Shown here: positions 35,477-44,932 of the stretch, piece after piece
Numbering within the stretch: the stretch's first letter is position 1
Layout of the letters: each line of letters opens with the position of its first letter
NCBI GenBank assembly: GCA_034428375.1
Contig: DAOUHT010000116.1
Coordinates: forward strand, 1 to 52,970
Origin: Dehalococcoidia bacterium
GTDB taxonomy: Bacteria; Chloroflexota; Dehalococcoidia; Lucifugimonadales; Australimonadaceae
DNA: 52,970 bases
Direction of reading: 5' to 3'
Notes under the pieces: generated by a model
Databases searched by the model: none
What the model was told of the DNA's origin: nothing
Seen by the model: the letters and a program-made list of their open reading frames with translations, nothing else
Program-made: the position numbers and the translations under genes

Positions 35477-37057
35477 CTATTCCCGTTTCGGGGCGCTGGG
35501 GACGGACGCCGTGGGGTAGACGTCAGACACGAGCCCGGGCACACGGACCGCGGGTTGTACTTGGTACGGGTCGTCCGGAACGGGGATGGGTAGCTCGCCG
35601 TCGATGTCTAGCGCCCGGTTGACCGTGTCGAACAAGAGCTGCTTGTTGTACGTAAGGTAGCTGGTCGCGGACAGGCGGATTGGATCGCCGGCGTGGAATG
35701 TGACGTACTGCAGCAGTCGCTGTGCGAAGCCCTCTCCTGTTGCGTCCCAAGCGAGTTTGACCAGGCGGATGCGCTCCTCGGCGGAGACCCCTCCCCGCGC
35801 CTGCAGGTACCGGTCCAGATAGGGTCGGACTTCGTCGCTATTCAAATCGGCCTCAGAAGGCACGGAGAAGAACCCACCAGCGACGAGGACCTGGATGATT
35901 TCGATCATGCGGCGGAACTGCTGGGCCGCTTGTACGGTGGCACCACGACCGCCGCTGTTGCCAGGGACCCACACCCCGTCAGCCCGCGGACTTGCCATTG
36001 CAACGGACCCGTAGGCGAGCGCCTTCGCCGTCTCGAGGTAGCCGATCATCTCTCCGAGTTTCTCCTGCACATGCAGGAATGCGTCGATGCCCGAGGTCTC
36101 AGCCAGCTTCATGGCGAGTCCAACGTAGAACTCGAACAGGGCCACGGTGCGCATCCACCCTTGAATCCCTGTGAACGGCCCTCCTCCGCGACCCATGCTG
36201 TTCACGATGTCCCCTGCCCCAGGCCTGCCGTCAATGAGGACACGGTCCCAAGGGATGAGCACGTCGTCGAATACTGCCAGGCAGTCCATCTCTTCGAAGC
36301 GATTGCTCAGCGGATGATCGACGGTTGAGCGAAGGGGACGCGACAACGGCTCGCGGCAGAAATACTTGAGCCCCGGAGTGTCGTTGTCGACGATGAAGAG
36401 CAAGGCGTACATGTCGTCGCCCGGAGCGATACCCCCGAACGGGTTCACCAGGTTCGCCTCGGTAAGCGGGGCCATCGTGCCAACCATCTTCGCGCCGCGC
36501 ACGATGATCCCCTCATCGGTCTCTGCGACCTTGCCGAGGTGGAGGAATGGGTCCGCCTGTTGGCCGGAAGAGCGCGACCGGTCGATCTGAGGGCTAACCA
36601 ACACGTGCGTGAGGAACAGGTCAGACTCGCGCATATGCTCGTAGTAGGCCTGCATGTTCTGCTCGTAGCGGGCGTCGACCCTCCCATAGACCTGCTTGTT
36701 CAACGCCATGCCGGTGATGTATGCAGCAAGGAAGTCCGGGCCGCGCCGCAGCACGCCGAAGCTGGCGTCGGCGCGCAGCTTGAATGCGCGTTGCATCTTC
36801 GCCAGGTCCTCCTGCGAGCGGGGAATCATGAAAGCGGTGGACACCGGTTCGCCAGTCAGGGGAGACGAGTACGTGAGGACATCCCGGTACGCCGGGTCGT
36901 GCTGCATGTCGTACAACCGGGCAACAGCCTGAATGGGGCCCTGGAACGGCGGCTCTGCGGTCACATCCTCAATGCGGCGGCCGTCCAAGTAGACGCACAT
37001 GTTCCGGCTCTTCGTCTGGAGAGCCTGGATGTATTCCTGACCTGTCCTTACTGACAT
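35477..37057 (-). CDS. Two-component flavin monooxygenase, oxygenase subunit (HpaB/4-hydroxyphenylacetate 3-hydroxylase family)
   Basis: RTGQEYI, VYLDGRRIEDVT, RRGPDF, PQIDRS, GIIVRGAK, HPLSNRFEEMD, FDDVLIPWDRV, LAWD; SD GGAGG before ATG 37057. Confidence 0.92.
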   Translation of the reverse strand: MSVRTGQEYIQALQTKSRNMCVYLDGRRIEDVTAEPPFQGPIQAVARLYDMQHDPAYRDVLTYSSPLTGEPVSTAFMIPRSQEDLAKMQRAFKLRADASFGVLRRGPDFLAAYITGMALNKQVYGRVDARYEQNMQAYYEHMRESDLFLTHVLVSPQIDRSRSSGQQADPFLHLGKVAETDEGIIVRGAKMVGTMAPLTEANLVNPFGGIAPGDDMYALLFIVDNDTPGLKYFCREPLSRPLRSTVDHPLSNRFEEMDCLAVFDDVLIPWDRVLIDGRPGAGDIVNSMGRGGGPFTGIQGWMRTVALFEFYVGLAMKLAETSGIDAFLHVQEKLGEMIGYLETAKALAYGSVAMASPRADGVWVPGNSGGRGATVQAAQQFRRMIEIIQVLVAGGFFSVPSEADLNSDEVRPYLDRYLQARGGVSAEERIRLVKLAWDATGEGFAQRLLQYVTFHAGDPIRLSATSYLTYNKQLLFDTVNRALDIDGELPIPVPDDPYQVQPAVRVPGLVSDVYPTASVPSAPKRE

Positions 37058-37151
37058 ACTTTCGCCTCCGTGCTGAAGACGCCGGTTGCCGTAAATCCAA
37101 CAGTACTCTTCCGCGCCAACGCCGCATTTCGTAGCGAATGCTGAGGCAGCG

Positions 37152-37180
37152 TTGCGGAATGTCATGGCGCAGCCTATCAT
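37152..37180 (+). promoter_or_regulatory. sigma70 promoter of the hydrolase pair
   Basis: TTGCGG (37152-37157), 17 nt, TATCAT (37175-37180); imperfect dyads at about 37110-37159. Confidence 0.5.
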
Positions 37181-37224
37181 GGGTGCTCCTTCCCGTGCCA
37201 ACCCAACAACTAAGGAGTACAGGC

Positions 37225-38160
37225 ATGACCACCGCCAAGTCTGCGATCACGTTGAACCGCCACCCGGCCCAACCCTGGGAGAAGACGTGGGACTCCATCT
37301 ACACCGAACTGCTCGGCACGCAGATCCGCCTCGTGCATGGCAAGAAATACGTCACACGGACGATCGAGACCGGCACCGGTGAGCCGCTCATCCTGATCCA
37401 CGGCACCGGCGGCAGTGCGGAGTCCTGGTTCCGTAACATCCGGAACCTGGCGCACAACCACGGCTTCCACGTCTACGCCATCGACGCCATGTACCACGGC
37501 TTCTCGAGCAAGGAACCCGTGACCGACGACCGCATCGGCACGCAGGTCGAGCACCTGTTGGACTTCATGGACGCGGAGGGGATCGAGAGAGCGCACATCG
37601 AGGGCGAGTCCATGGGCGCCTTCATCACCTTCCGCCTGGCCATGGACCATCCCGAACGGTGCCTGAAGGTCGTCCTTAACACGGGCTCCCGCGTCAACTT
37701 CAAGCGCACATTCGGTCCCGGCGGCCAGCCGCTGGAAGCGCTGCCGGTGTTAACCCAGGAGTTGCTCGCCAATCCAACGCCGGAAACCGTTCGGCACCGG
37801 ATGCAATGGCTGATGGCAGCGCCCGAGCGCGTAGACGAGGAGTTGGTGGCACTGCGGTTGCAGTTCTTCAGCATGCCGGAACTCCAGGAGGCGCAACGCC
37901 AGACGGGCCCTGGCTCGGCGAGCGCGGCGCGCACCGCCCCGCTCTACGAGGAGGAAGACTGCGCCCGGTTCAGTGTGCCCAGCCTGGTGTTCTGGACCGA
38001 GTACAACCCGAACACCGGCCCGGACGTTGGCGAGTACTTCGCCAGTCTCATCCCCGGAGCCAAGTATTACTGCATGATGGACGCAGCCCACTGGCCACAG
38101 TACGAACACCCCGAAGAGCACGACCAGGTGATCGCCGACTTCCTGAAGGGGAAGCTCTGA
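37225..38160 (+). CDS. Alpha/beta hydrolase, meta-cleavage product (MhpC/BphD-like) C-C hydrolase type
   Basis: LIHGTGG, GESMG nucleophile elbow, RMQWLMA, AAHWPQYEHP; SD AAGGAG. Confidence 0.85.
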   Translation: MTTAKSAITLNRHPAQPWEKTWDSIYTELLGTQIRLVHGKKYVTRTIETGTGEPLILIHGTGGSAESWFRNIRNLAHNHGFHVYAIDAMYHGFSSKEPVTDDRIGTQVEHLLDFMDAEGIERAHIEGESMGAFITFRLAMDHPERCLKVVLNTGSRVNFKRTFGPGGQPLEALPVLTQELLANPTPETVRHRMQWLMAAPERVDEELVALRLQFFSMPELQEAQRQTGPGSASAARTAPLYEEEDCARFSVPSLVFWTEYNPNTGPDVGEYFASLIPGAKYYCMMDAAHWPQYEHPEEHDQVIADFLKGKL

Positions 38161-38213
38161 ATCCAGGGCGGTGACCGGTACCACTGGCGCGGTCGCGGAG
38201 TCGGAGAGGCTGC

Positions 38214-39074
38214 ATGACGATCTGGACAGACCTCATGGGCGCACAGGTCCGGTACACCGGAAGGCGCTACCGAACAAGGGTCATCGAAGCGGGTAGCGGG
38301 CCTCCCCTAGTCCTGGCGCATGGCGGCGGCGGCCACGCCGAACACTACAGCCGCAATGTGAACCGGCTCGCGGGGCACTTCCATGTCTATGCGTACGACA
38401 TGCTCTGGCACGGGTTCTCTCCCGCCCCTGATGTGGACGAGGACGCGATGCTCCGGTTCGACGAACAACTCGTCGACCTGATGGACACGGAGAACATCGA
38501 ACGAGCGATCGTGGGAGGAGCCTCGTCCGGAGCGTTCGCACCCTTGCGCTTGGCGATCAACAACCCGGAAAGAGTGCAAGGCCTCGTACTCGTCGTTCCG
38601 GGGCACATCCGATATCCGACGCGGGAAGCGACCGAGAGAGCCCAATACACAACGCTGCATACGCAGACCCATGACGCACTGGCGGACGTGACCGAAGCGA
38701 AGATCAGGACGCGCCTCGAATGGCTGATGGCCGATCCCGGCGCCGTCACCGATGAGCTCGTCGCCGTGCGCACGTCGATCTACAGCAGTGAGCATGGCAA
38801 CGCGGCCACGCGGGCCTACTACGCGCTTACCGAGAGCGAAGCCGGCCACAGGTTCGACGTCACCGAGGACGAACTCCGGGGCCTGACCGTGCCGACGCTC
38901 GTGATCTGGGCGCGCGGAGGCAACGGCGTCTCGCCACAGCGGGCGGAGTGGCTTGCGGAAGTCATCCCAAACGCAACGTACCGCCTGATCGAGCCCGCTG
39001 GGCACTGGCCCCAGTGGGAGAAGCCCAAGGTGCACGATGAAGCGATCATCGAGTTCGCCCAGTCGATCCGTTGA
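38214..39074 (+). CDS. Alpha/beta hydrolase, second MhpC/BphD-like paralog
   Basis: LAHGGGGH, GASSG, RLEWLMADP, GHWPQWEKP. Confidence 0.85.
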   Translation: MTIWTDLMGAQVRYTGRRYRTRVIEAGSGPPLVLAHGGGGHAEHYSRNVNRLAGHFHVYAYDMLWHGFSPAPDVDEDAMLRFDEQLVDLMDTENIERAIVGGASSGAFAPLRLAINNPERVQGLVLVVPGHIRYPTREATERAQYTTLHTQTHDALADVTEAKIRTRLEWLMADPGAVTDELVAVRTSIYSSEHGNAATRAYYALTESEAGHRFDVTEDELRGLTVPTLVIWARGGNGVSPQRAEWLAEVIPNATYRLIEPAGHWPQWEKPKVHDEAIIEFAQSIR

Positions 39075-39139
39075 TTGCGACGAATATACCGGAGTAACTG
39101 TAGTTGCCATATCATAATTCGTGAAAGAAACGCAGCCAC

Positions 39140-39168
39140 TTGACAGAACCCCAGCATCCGACTATAGA
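39140..39168 (+). promoter_or_regulatory. Putative promoter of the ABC operon
   Basis: Perfect TTGACA (39140-39145), 17 nt, weak -10 TATAGA; flanked by the inverted repeat CGCAGCC/GGCTGCG. Confidence 0.45.
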
Positions 39169-39301
39169 TGCGGCTGCGAAGGTGACGCCGCGAGGTGCAT
39201 CGGCGCGCAGGTCAACGAGTCCCTTTAGCAGTACTGGAGTGGGGTAGCAGGTCGGGAGGCAGCCGGAACCGTCCGACTGTCTGCATGAAAGGGGGGAACC
39301 T

Positions 39302-39502
39302 GTGGCAGCGCGAGCGATCCGTTCACGGCTCGGCAAGGCGGGTCGAATTCGGACCCAAGCTGGCGTGGGTCCGATGATGTCGGGGCTCGGCGAGCACTTC
39401 AGATACGTCGTGTCCGACGCTGTCAGCAGCCATGGCATTAACGGTCCTGTCGGCCCGGTGCCCTCCATCATGGATAACCCTCTGACTCCGGTTGAAAGCT
39501 AA
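39302..39502 (+). CDS. Possible 66-aa small ORF translationally coupled to the ABC ATPase
   Basis: GTG start 5 nt after a G-rich SD-like run; its TAA overlaps the ATPase ATG (TAATG); no family recognised. Confidence 0.3.
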   Translation: MAARAIRSRLGKAGRIRTQAGVGPMMSGLGEHFRYVVSDAVSSHGINGPVGPVPSIMDNPLTPVES

Positions 39503-40743
39503 TGGCGGCCGACGATCAAGGGAACGATGCGTTGGCACGGCGCACAACCGTTGAGAGCGCTCCCGCAGTACAGCTCGAGCACCTGATAAAGACGTACCCG
39601 GGAAACCCTGTTCCCGCTGTCAACGATGTCAGCCTGGACATCCTTGAGGGGCAGGTGTTCACGCTGCTGGGCCCCAGCGGCTGCGGAAAGACCACCACGC
39701 TCCGGATGATCGCAGGTCTCGAGGCGGTCGACCAAGGCAAACTGCTCTTCAAGGACCGGGTCATCGTCGACACGTCGCGGGGCTACTCCATGCCCCCGCA
39801 CAGCCGCGACGTGGGAATGGTTTTCCAGTCCTATGCCATCTGGCCCCACATGACTGTTGAAGACAACGTCGGCTTCCCGCTGAAGGTCAGACGCGAGAAG
39901 AAGGCTGAGATCCGAGAACGCGTGGCCAGAGCGCTGGAACTGGTGGGACTCGCCGGCCTCGAGAAGAGGCCGGCCCCGATGCTCAGCGGAGGACAGCAGC
40001 AACGAGTCGCTCTCGCCCGAGCCCTCATCTACGAGCCCAACGTACTCCTGCTGGACGAACCGTTCAGCAACCTCGACGCAAAGCTTCGGGAGCAGATGCG
40101 GCTGGAAGTCAAGCTGCTGCAGAGAAAGACCGGGGTCACCATCGTTTTCGTCACCCACGATCAGGTCGAGGCACTCAGCCTCTCCGACCGGATCGCCGTG
40201 ATGGACCTGGGCATGGTGCAGCAGATCGGTACCCCGCACGAACTGTACCAGAACCCGGCGAACGCCTTCGTTCGTGATTTCCTTGGTAAGACGGTCCTCC
40301 TCACCGGTACGGTGAAGATATCCAACCCCTCGGGTCAGGTTGCGGTGGAGATAGACGGGGCGCCGGGATCCGCAGTGTTCGGAAGGAGTTCCACTGCCGA
40401 AGAGTTGGGAGTCGGGCAGGCGGTCAACGTGGCGATGCGGCCCGAGGACGTGAAGCTGGCTGCCAACGATGGGCGCCAGGAACCATCGACCGGGCTGCCG
40501 GGAGTCATCGAAACCCAGCAGTTCGTCGGGGAGAGGACCGAATACCGAGTCAGGCTGAGCAACCAGCCTCCCCTGCTCGCATATAGCGACTGGAGACAGG
40601 CTTTCCATGAAGGCGAGGGTGTATGGGTCAAGATCGAGCCTGACGCCGTGACGGTATGGCCTGGCTGGGCCACGGCGACCCGTATAGAGGAAGGGTTGGA
40701 TGAACCCCTGCTGGCATCTGCCGAGGCGACAGCACGCGTGTAG
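39502..40743 (+). CDS. ABC transporter ATP-binding subunit (PotA/FbpC type, TOBE domain)
   Basis: GPSGCGKTT, LSGGQQQRVALARAL, LLDEPFSNLD, VTHDQ. Confidence 0.95.
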   Translation: MAADDQGNDALARRTTVESAPAVQLEHLIKTYPGNPVPAVNDVSLDILEGQVFTLLGPSGCGKTTTLRMIAGLEAVDQGKLLFKDRVIVDTSRGYSMPPHSRDVGMVFQSYAIWPHMTVEDNVGFPLKVRREKKAEIRERVARALELVGLAGLEKRPAPMLSGGQQQRVALARALIYEPNVLLLDEPFSNLDAKLREQMRLEVKLLQRKTGVTIVFVTHDQVEALSLSDRIAVMDLGMVQQIGTPHELYQNPANAFVRDFLGKTVLLTGTVKISNPSGQVAVEIDGAPGSAVFGRSSTAEELGVGQAVNVAMRPEDVKLAANDGRQEPSTGLPGVIETQQFVGERTEYRVRLSNQPPLLAYSDWRQAFHEGEGVWVKIEPDAVTVWPGWATATRIEEGLDEPLLASAEATARV

Positions 40744-40821
40744 AGCCGGAGCCACTTGCTACGCAGGGCAAATGGATTCGAAGGCTGGAGAATGGAAGAA
40801 GAAGAGCTTGGGAGGACAACG

Positions 40822-41997
40822 ATGAAGAGGCTGATTTCGGTTCTACTTGCAGGCGTGATTAGCATTTTGGCGCTGGGTGCTTGCGGCGCCGACCCCACAG
40901 CAACGCCGATACCCACGGCGACACCGGTCCCGATGGAGCCCTGGGAGATCGAATGGAACGAGGTCGTTGCAGCCGCGCAGGATGAAGGAACAGTGAGTGT
41001 ATGGGTGGGCGGCGGCGGCCAGGCAGCAGTCGACCACCTCAAGGGCGCGTTCGAGGCGGCGTACCCGGGGATCACTGTAGACCTCTTCCAAGCCGCACGT
41101 AGCTCGGAGCGGGACTCCCGGTATCTCGAGGAGTGGCGAGCCGGCATCACCAACGTTGACCTGTTCAACGGCGGGTCCTCCGGCGGCGACGGCCGCTTGA
41201 AGCCTGCCGGGGCACTCCAACCGGCAAAGCCTTTCTGGATACTCCCCGACTCGTTCGACCCGGCCAAGTGGGAGAACGGGTTGTTGTTCGTTGACATTGA
41301 GAAGCAGTACATGCTGATGGGCGGTGCTTCAGCAGCGCCTGCACTCGCGATCGCCGACGGTGTGGACCCCAACAGCCTGCAGACGTGGTCAGACCTTCTG
41401 AAACCCGAATTCCGAGGGCAGATCGTCATGAACGACCCACGCACGTCGGGCAATGGCGCCGCGCGAGCGGGCTTCTGGTTCTGCGCGCCCGACCCCCGGT
41501 GCTTTGAGCCGGTGATGCGTGATTTCATGGAGCAGCTCTTCAGGGAATCTGGCATAGTCCTCTCTGACGACGACCGAGCCAACCTCGACTCGATCATCAA
41601 CGGAGAGAAACTGATCCTGATCAGCCCCGCGGCGGATGAGCTTCAACTGACCGACGAGATTGGTGCAACACCTACCCTCATCCAAAAGCTGACGCTCCCG
41701 GACGGCAGCGACCTCGACCAGATCTCCGATAGCGCAGGCATCCTTTTCGTGCCGAACCATGATCTCCCGCATCCGAATGCCGCGACGGTGTACATCAACT
41801 GGTTCTACTCGCAGGAGGGCCAGCAGGCGATGATCGACGCCCGCAACCAGCCCTCCATGAGGACCGATGTGGATAACTCCAACCTGCCCGAGTACGTCAT
41901 ACCCTTCGCACCGGCATACAGCGTCAACCAGACGATCCGTATGCTGAACATAGAAGGCGGGACCCGGGAGAAAGTCGACGAGTGGCTGCCGCAGTAA
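40822..41997 (+). CDS. ABC transporter substrate-binding lipoprotein (Fe3+/thiamine/polyamine-like cluster)
   Basis: SD GGAGG; lipobox LGAC; Pro/Thr linker; AAAQDEGTV, DLLKPEFRGQIVMNDP, PHPNAATVYINWFYSQEGQ. Confidence 0.88.
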   Translation: MKRLISVLLAGVISILALGACGADPTATPIPTATPVPMEPWEIEWNEVVAAAQDEGTVSVWVGGGGQAAVDHLKGAFEAAYPGITVDLFQAARSSERDSRYLEEWRAGITNVDLFNGGSSGGDGRLKPAGALQPAKPFWILPDSFDPAKWENGLLFVDIEKQYMLMGGASAAPALAIADGVDPNSLQTWSDLLKPEFRGQIVMNDPRTSGNGAARAGFWFCAPDPRCFEPVMRDFMEQLFRESGIVLSDDDRANLDSIINGEKLILISPAADELQLTDEIGATPTLIQKLTLPDGSDLDQISDSAGILFVPNHDLPHPNAATVYINWFYSQEGQQAMIDARNQPSMRTDVDNSNLPEYVIPFAPAYSVNQTIRMLNIEGGTREKVDEWLPQ

Positions 41998-42008
41998 GGA
42001 GAGCAGCG

Positions 42009-42045
42009 CCAGGGCAGGCCGTCGTCGGACGACGGCCTGCCCTGG
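42009..42045. repeat. Perfect 17-bp inverted repeat after the binding-protein gene
   Basis: CCAGGGCAGGCCGTCGT-CGG-ACGACGGCCTGCCCTGG with no U-tract; a second 8-bp hairpin lies at 42070-42090. Confidence 0.85.
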
Positions 42046-42110
42046 CCGGGATCGTGTGGTTCCAGGCTTCACCTACCCCCTAGGTAGGTGTTCCTGGGTA
42101 TTGAGGGTCA

Positions 42111-43835
42111 ATGGCTATCAACGCTGGAACGCTTCGACGGCTGGACTGGACGGACGCACGCAAGCGTCCCAGTCCGCTTTGGCTTGTGCTTATCGGTTCA
42201 GCCATACTCGTGCTTGGTCCGATGAGCCTGCTGATATACATCAGCTTCGACGTGTCCGGCCCCCAAGAAGCCTACAGGTTCGGCTTCGCTCACTACCGTT
42301 CGGCGCTTGGCGATCCGGACGTCGGCCCTGCGTTGTGGAACACGTTCAGGATCGTCGGGACGCGCATGTCCATCGGTTTCGTCGTCGGAGTGCTGCTCGC
42401 ATGGCTGGTCACGCGCACGAACATCCCTCACGCCAACTGGCTGGACTTCGGGATGTGGATTTCTTTCTTCATGCCAAGCCTGGCTGTGATTCAGGGGTGG
42501 ACGTTCTTGTTCGGAGGCAACGCCGGCCTCGCTAACCAGTGGCTCGTAGGGCTGCCGTTCGTCGACGAGAGCCCTTTCGACGTCTACTCATTCTGGGGGG
42601 TAATCTGGGTACACCTGATGGCGCAGGTGCTCTCGACGCACTTCGTGCTGTTCACCCTCGCGTTCCGGAACATGGACGGCCAGTTGGAAGAAGCAGCCCG
42701 GGTGTCGGGAGCGACCGTGCCCGAGATGGCGCGGCGTGTGACCCTTCCCCTGTTCCGGCCCATCCTGGCTATGGTTGCGGTGCTCGCAATCATCCGCGGC
42801 ATGCAATCTTTCGAGATCGAGCGGATCCTGGGCGTACCTGCCGGGATCGACGTCTACGCCACGCTGCTGGTGACCATGATCAGCGACGAAGTGCCGCGCA
42901 TTGAGGAAGGTGTCGTCTTATCTGTCGTCATCCTGACGATCCTGATCCCGTTGATATTCGTGCAGCGTGTCTACGTCGGGAAGCGGCAATACACGACAGT
43001 CTCAAGCAGGATGAAGCCGACAACCACGAATCTCGGCCCATGGCGTTGGCCGGCTTTCAGCTTTGTCGCGGTGACTATAGCCCTCCTGACAATCGTTCCG
43101 TTTATCTCTTTGGTCGCCGGAAGCCTGATGACCCGCTGGGGCTTCTTCCATATAGAACAGGTCTGGACACTGAAGCATTGGGCTGCTGTTTTCTCCAACG
43201 ATCAATTCGTCAATGCATTCTTCACGACGATACGGCTGGGTGTGATCGCCGGGTTCGTGAGCATGGTGGTGCTCTTCGTCATAGCGTATGTGTTAGTCCG
43301 CACGAAGTTCCGCGGCAACCCCACGCTGGACTTCATAGCCTGGCTTCCGTGGGCATTGCCGGGCGTGTTGCTCAGCCTGGGGATACTGATGATCGTGCTG
43401 AGGATACCGCTGCTGCATTTCCTCCACGGCACTTCGTTCGTTCTGATCATGGCCCTACTGCTGTTCCGCTTCCCAATCGGCGTGCACCTGTTGCGTACCG
43501 GCATGATGCAGGTGAGCAAGGAACTGGAGGAGGCGGGACAGATAGCTGGCGCTCGGTGGTGGTACGTCCAGTTGAAGATCGTGCGACCGATCCTGATGCC
43601 GATGCTGTTGGGTGTAGGGCTGATATCGTTCATCGCGACACTTAACGAGGTCAGCGGCGTGATCCTGCTTGCATCGACACAGACGAAGACCCTGTCGCTG
43701 CTGACGTTGGACTACCTCATCGGAGCGGGTGGTTCGAAAGAGGCGGCGTCGGTAATCACGGTAGTGATTGTGTTGCTTGCGTTCCTGGCAGTAGTGGTGG
43801 GGCGTCGATTCGGGCTCAAACTGAACGCCCAATAG
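42111..43835 (+). CDS. ABC transporter permease (fused double domain, FbpB type)
   Basis: Two EAA loops: LEEAARVSGA and LEEAGQIAGA; multiple TM helices. Confidence 0.93.
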   Translation: MAINAGTLRRLDWTDARKRPSPLWLVLIGSAILVLGPMSLLIYISFDVSGPQEAYRFGFAHYRSALGDPDVGPALWNTFRIVGTRMSIGFVVGVLLAWLVTRTNIPHANWLDFGMWISFFMPSLAVIQGWTFLFGGNAGLANQWLVGLPFVDESPFDVYSFWGVIWVHLMAQVLSTHFVLFTLAFRNMDGQLEEAARVSGATVPEMARRVTLPLFRPILAMVAVLAIIRGMQSFEIERILGVPAGIDVYATLLVTMISDEVPRIEEGVVLSVVILTILIPLIFVQRVYVGKRQYTTVSSRMKPTTTNLGPWRWPAFSFVAVTIALLTIVPFISLVAGSLMTRWGFFHIEQVWTLKHWAAVFSNDQFVNAFFTTIRLGVIAGFVSMVVLFVIAYVLVRTKFRGNPTLDFIAWLPWALPGVLLSLGILMIVLRIPLLHFLHGTSFVLIMALLLFRFPIGVHLLRTGMMQVSKELEEAGQIAGARWWYVQLKIVRPILMPMLLGVGLISFIATLNEVSGVILLASTQTKTLSLLTLDYLIGAGGSKEAASVITVVIVLLAFLAVVVGRRFGLKLNAQ

Positions 43836-43959
43836 TGCCGACACACGCCGCCACACCCGGCACGTGAGCACAGCGAGTACCCTTTGAATAGGAGCGAGCA
43901 ACCCAGCGGGCGTGTCGCAGTATCGAGCGCCTTGAAGCAAGCGTCTCTGGAGGTGGGTT

Positions 43960-44928
43960 ATGCCGATCGGACTGGGTCTGGCGTCTAGCCACAATGGCTT
44001 CGTGATCACGAAGACGGCCGAGGGCTGGCAGAATTACTACCAGGTCCTCATCCGCAACACACCGCAGCCCGCATCGGCTGCGCTGGAAACGGCGCCGGTC
44101 CTCGATGACTACATCCACCGTGTCGACTCGGCCTTCGCGGAACTCCGCGAGCAGATCCGCCAGTACGACCCGGAGCTGATCATCGTGATCGGGGGAGACC
44201 AGAGCGAGACGTTCGACCGGACCAACGTGCCCAACCTGATGATGTTCCTCGGCGATGAGATGTGGGGGCACAGCACCCGGATGGGCCAGGAACTGAGCGA
44301 GGAGACAGAGGTCCACCTCAAGGTGGACGTGGCTACGTCGCAGAGGCTGCTTGAACAACTCGTGACCCGGGAGGGGTTCGACATCGCGTTCAGCACTCTG
44401 CAGTACCCACTGGGGAATGCTGTCCGCACGGGACGCAACATGTCGCACGCGTTCTCCCGGCCGGTCCCATTCCTCATCCAGCGCGCCGACCTGCCGATGG
44501 TGTTGATCTTCCAGAACACGTACGACCCGCCGTCACTATCGGCGACCCGTTGCTATGAACTCGGGCAAGCCCTGGCCCGGCTGCTGAAGGACGATCCCCG
44601 GCGCATCGCCATATTCGGCTCCGGCGGCCTCTCCCATGATCCCGGTGGGCCCCGCTCCGGATGGGTCGATGAGCCGCTGGACCGCTGGGTGCTCAAACAG
44701 TTCGCGTCGGGCAACGGCGCGGCAACCAGAGACCTGTACCGGTTCGACTCGCTCACGATGCGCAGCGGCACGGGTGAGATCCGCGCCTGGATAACCGTGG
44801 CGGGCGCCATGGAAAGCGTCGGGGCGCACGCTGAGGTGGTCGAGTACATCCCGGCGAACCATGCCGTGACCGGTCTCGGGTTCGCGTATTGGAAACGTGC
44901 GCCTATACCGGTTGGCGTCGGGGGTTGA
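43960..44928 (+). CDS. Class III extradiol ring-cleavage dioxygenase (LigB superfamily, DesZ-like)
   Basis: GLASSH, GGDQSE, SHAF, RCYELG, GSGGLSH, SGTGEIRAW, TGLGFAYW. Confidence 0.85.
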   Translation: MPIGLGLASSHNGFVITKTAEGWQNYYQVLIRNTPQPASAALETAPVLDDYIHRVDSAFAELREQIRQYDPELIIVIGGDQSETFDRTNVPNLMMFLGDEMWGHSTRMGQELSEETEVHLKVDVATSQRLLEQLVTREGFDIAFSTLQYPLGNAVRTGRNMSHAFSRPVPFLIQRADLPMVLIFQNTYDPPSLSATRCYELGQALARLLKDDPRRIAIFGSGGLSHDPGGPRSGWVDEPLDRWVLKQFASGNGAATRDLYRFDSLTMRSGTGEIRAWITVAGAMESVGAHAEVVEYIPANHAVTGLGFAYWKRAPIPVGVGG

Positions 44929-44932
44929 AGCC

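Noticed and set aside
39257-39275. CAGGTC...GCAGCC resembling SRP RNA domain IV
   Set aside because: The spacing is 5 nt rather than the 9-nt CGGAAGGAA-type loop, and there is no long flanking SRP helix.
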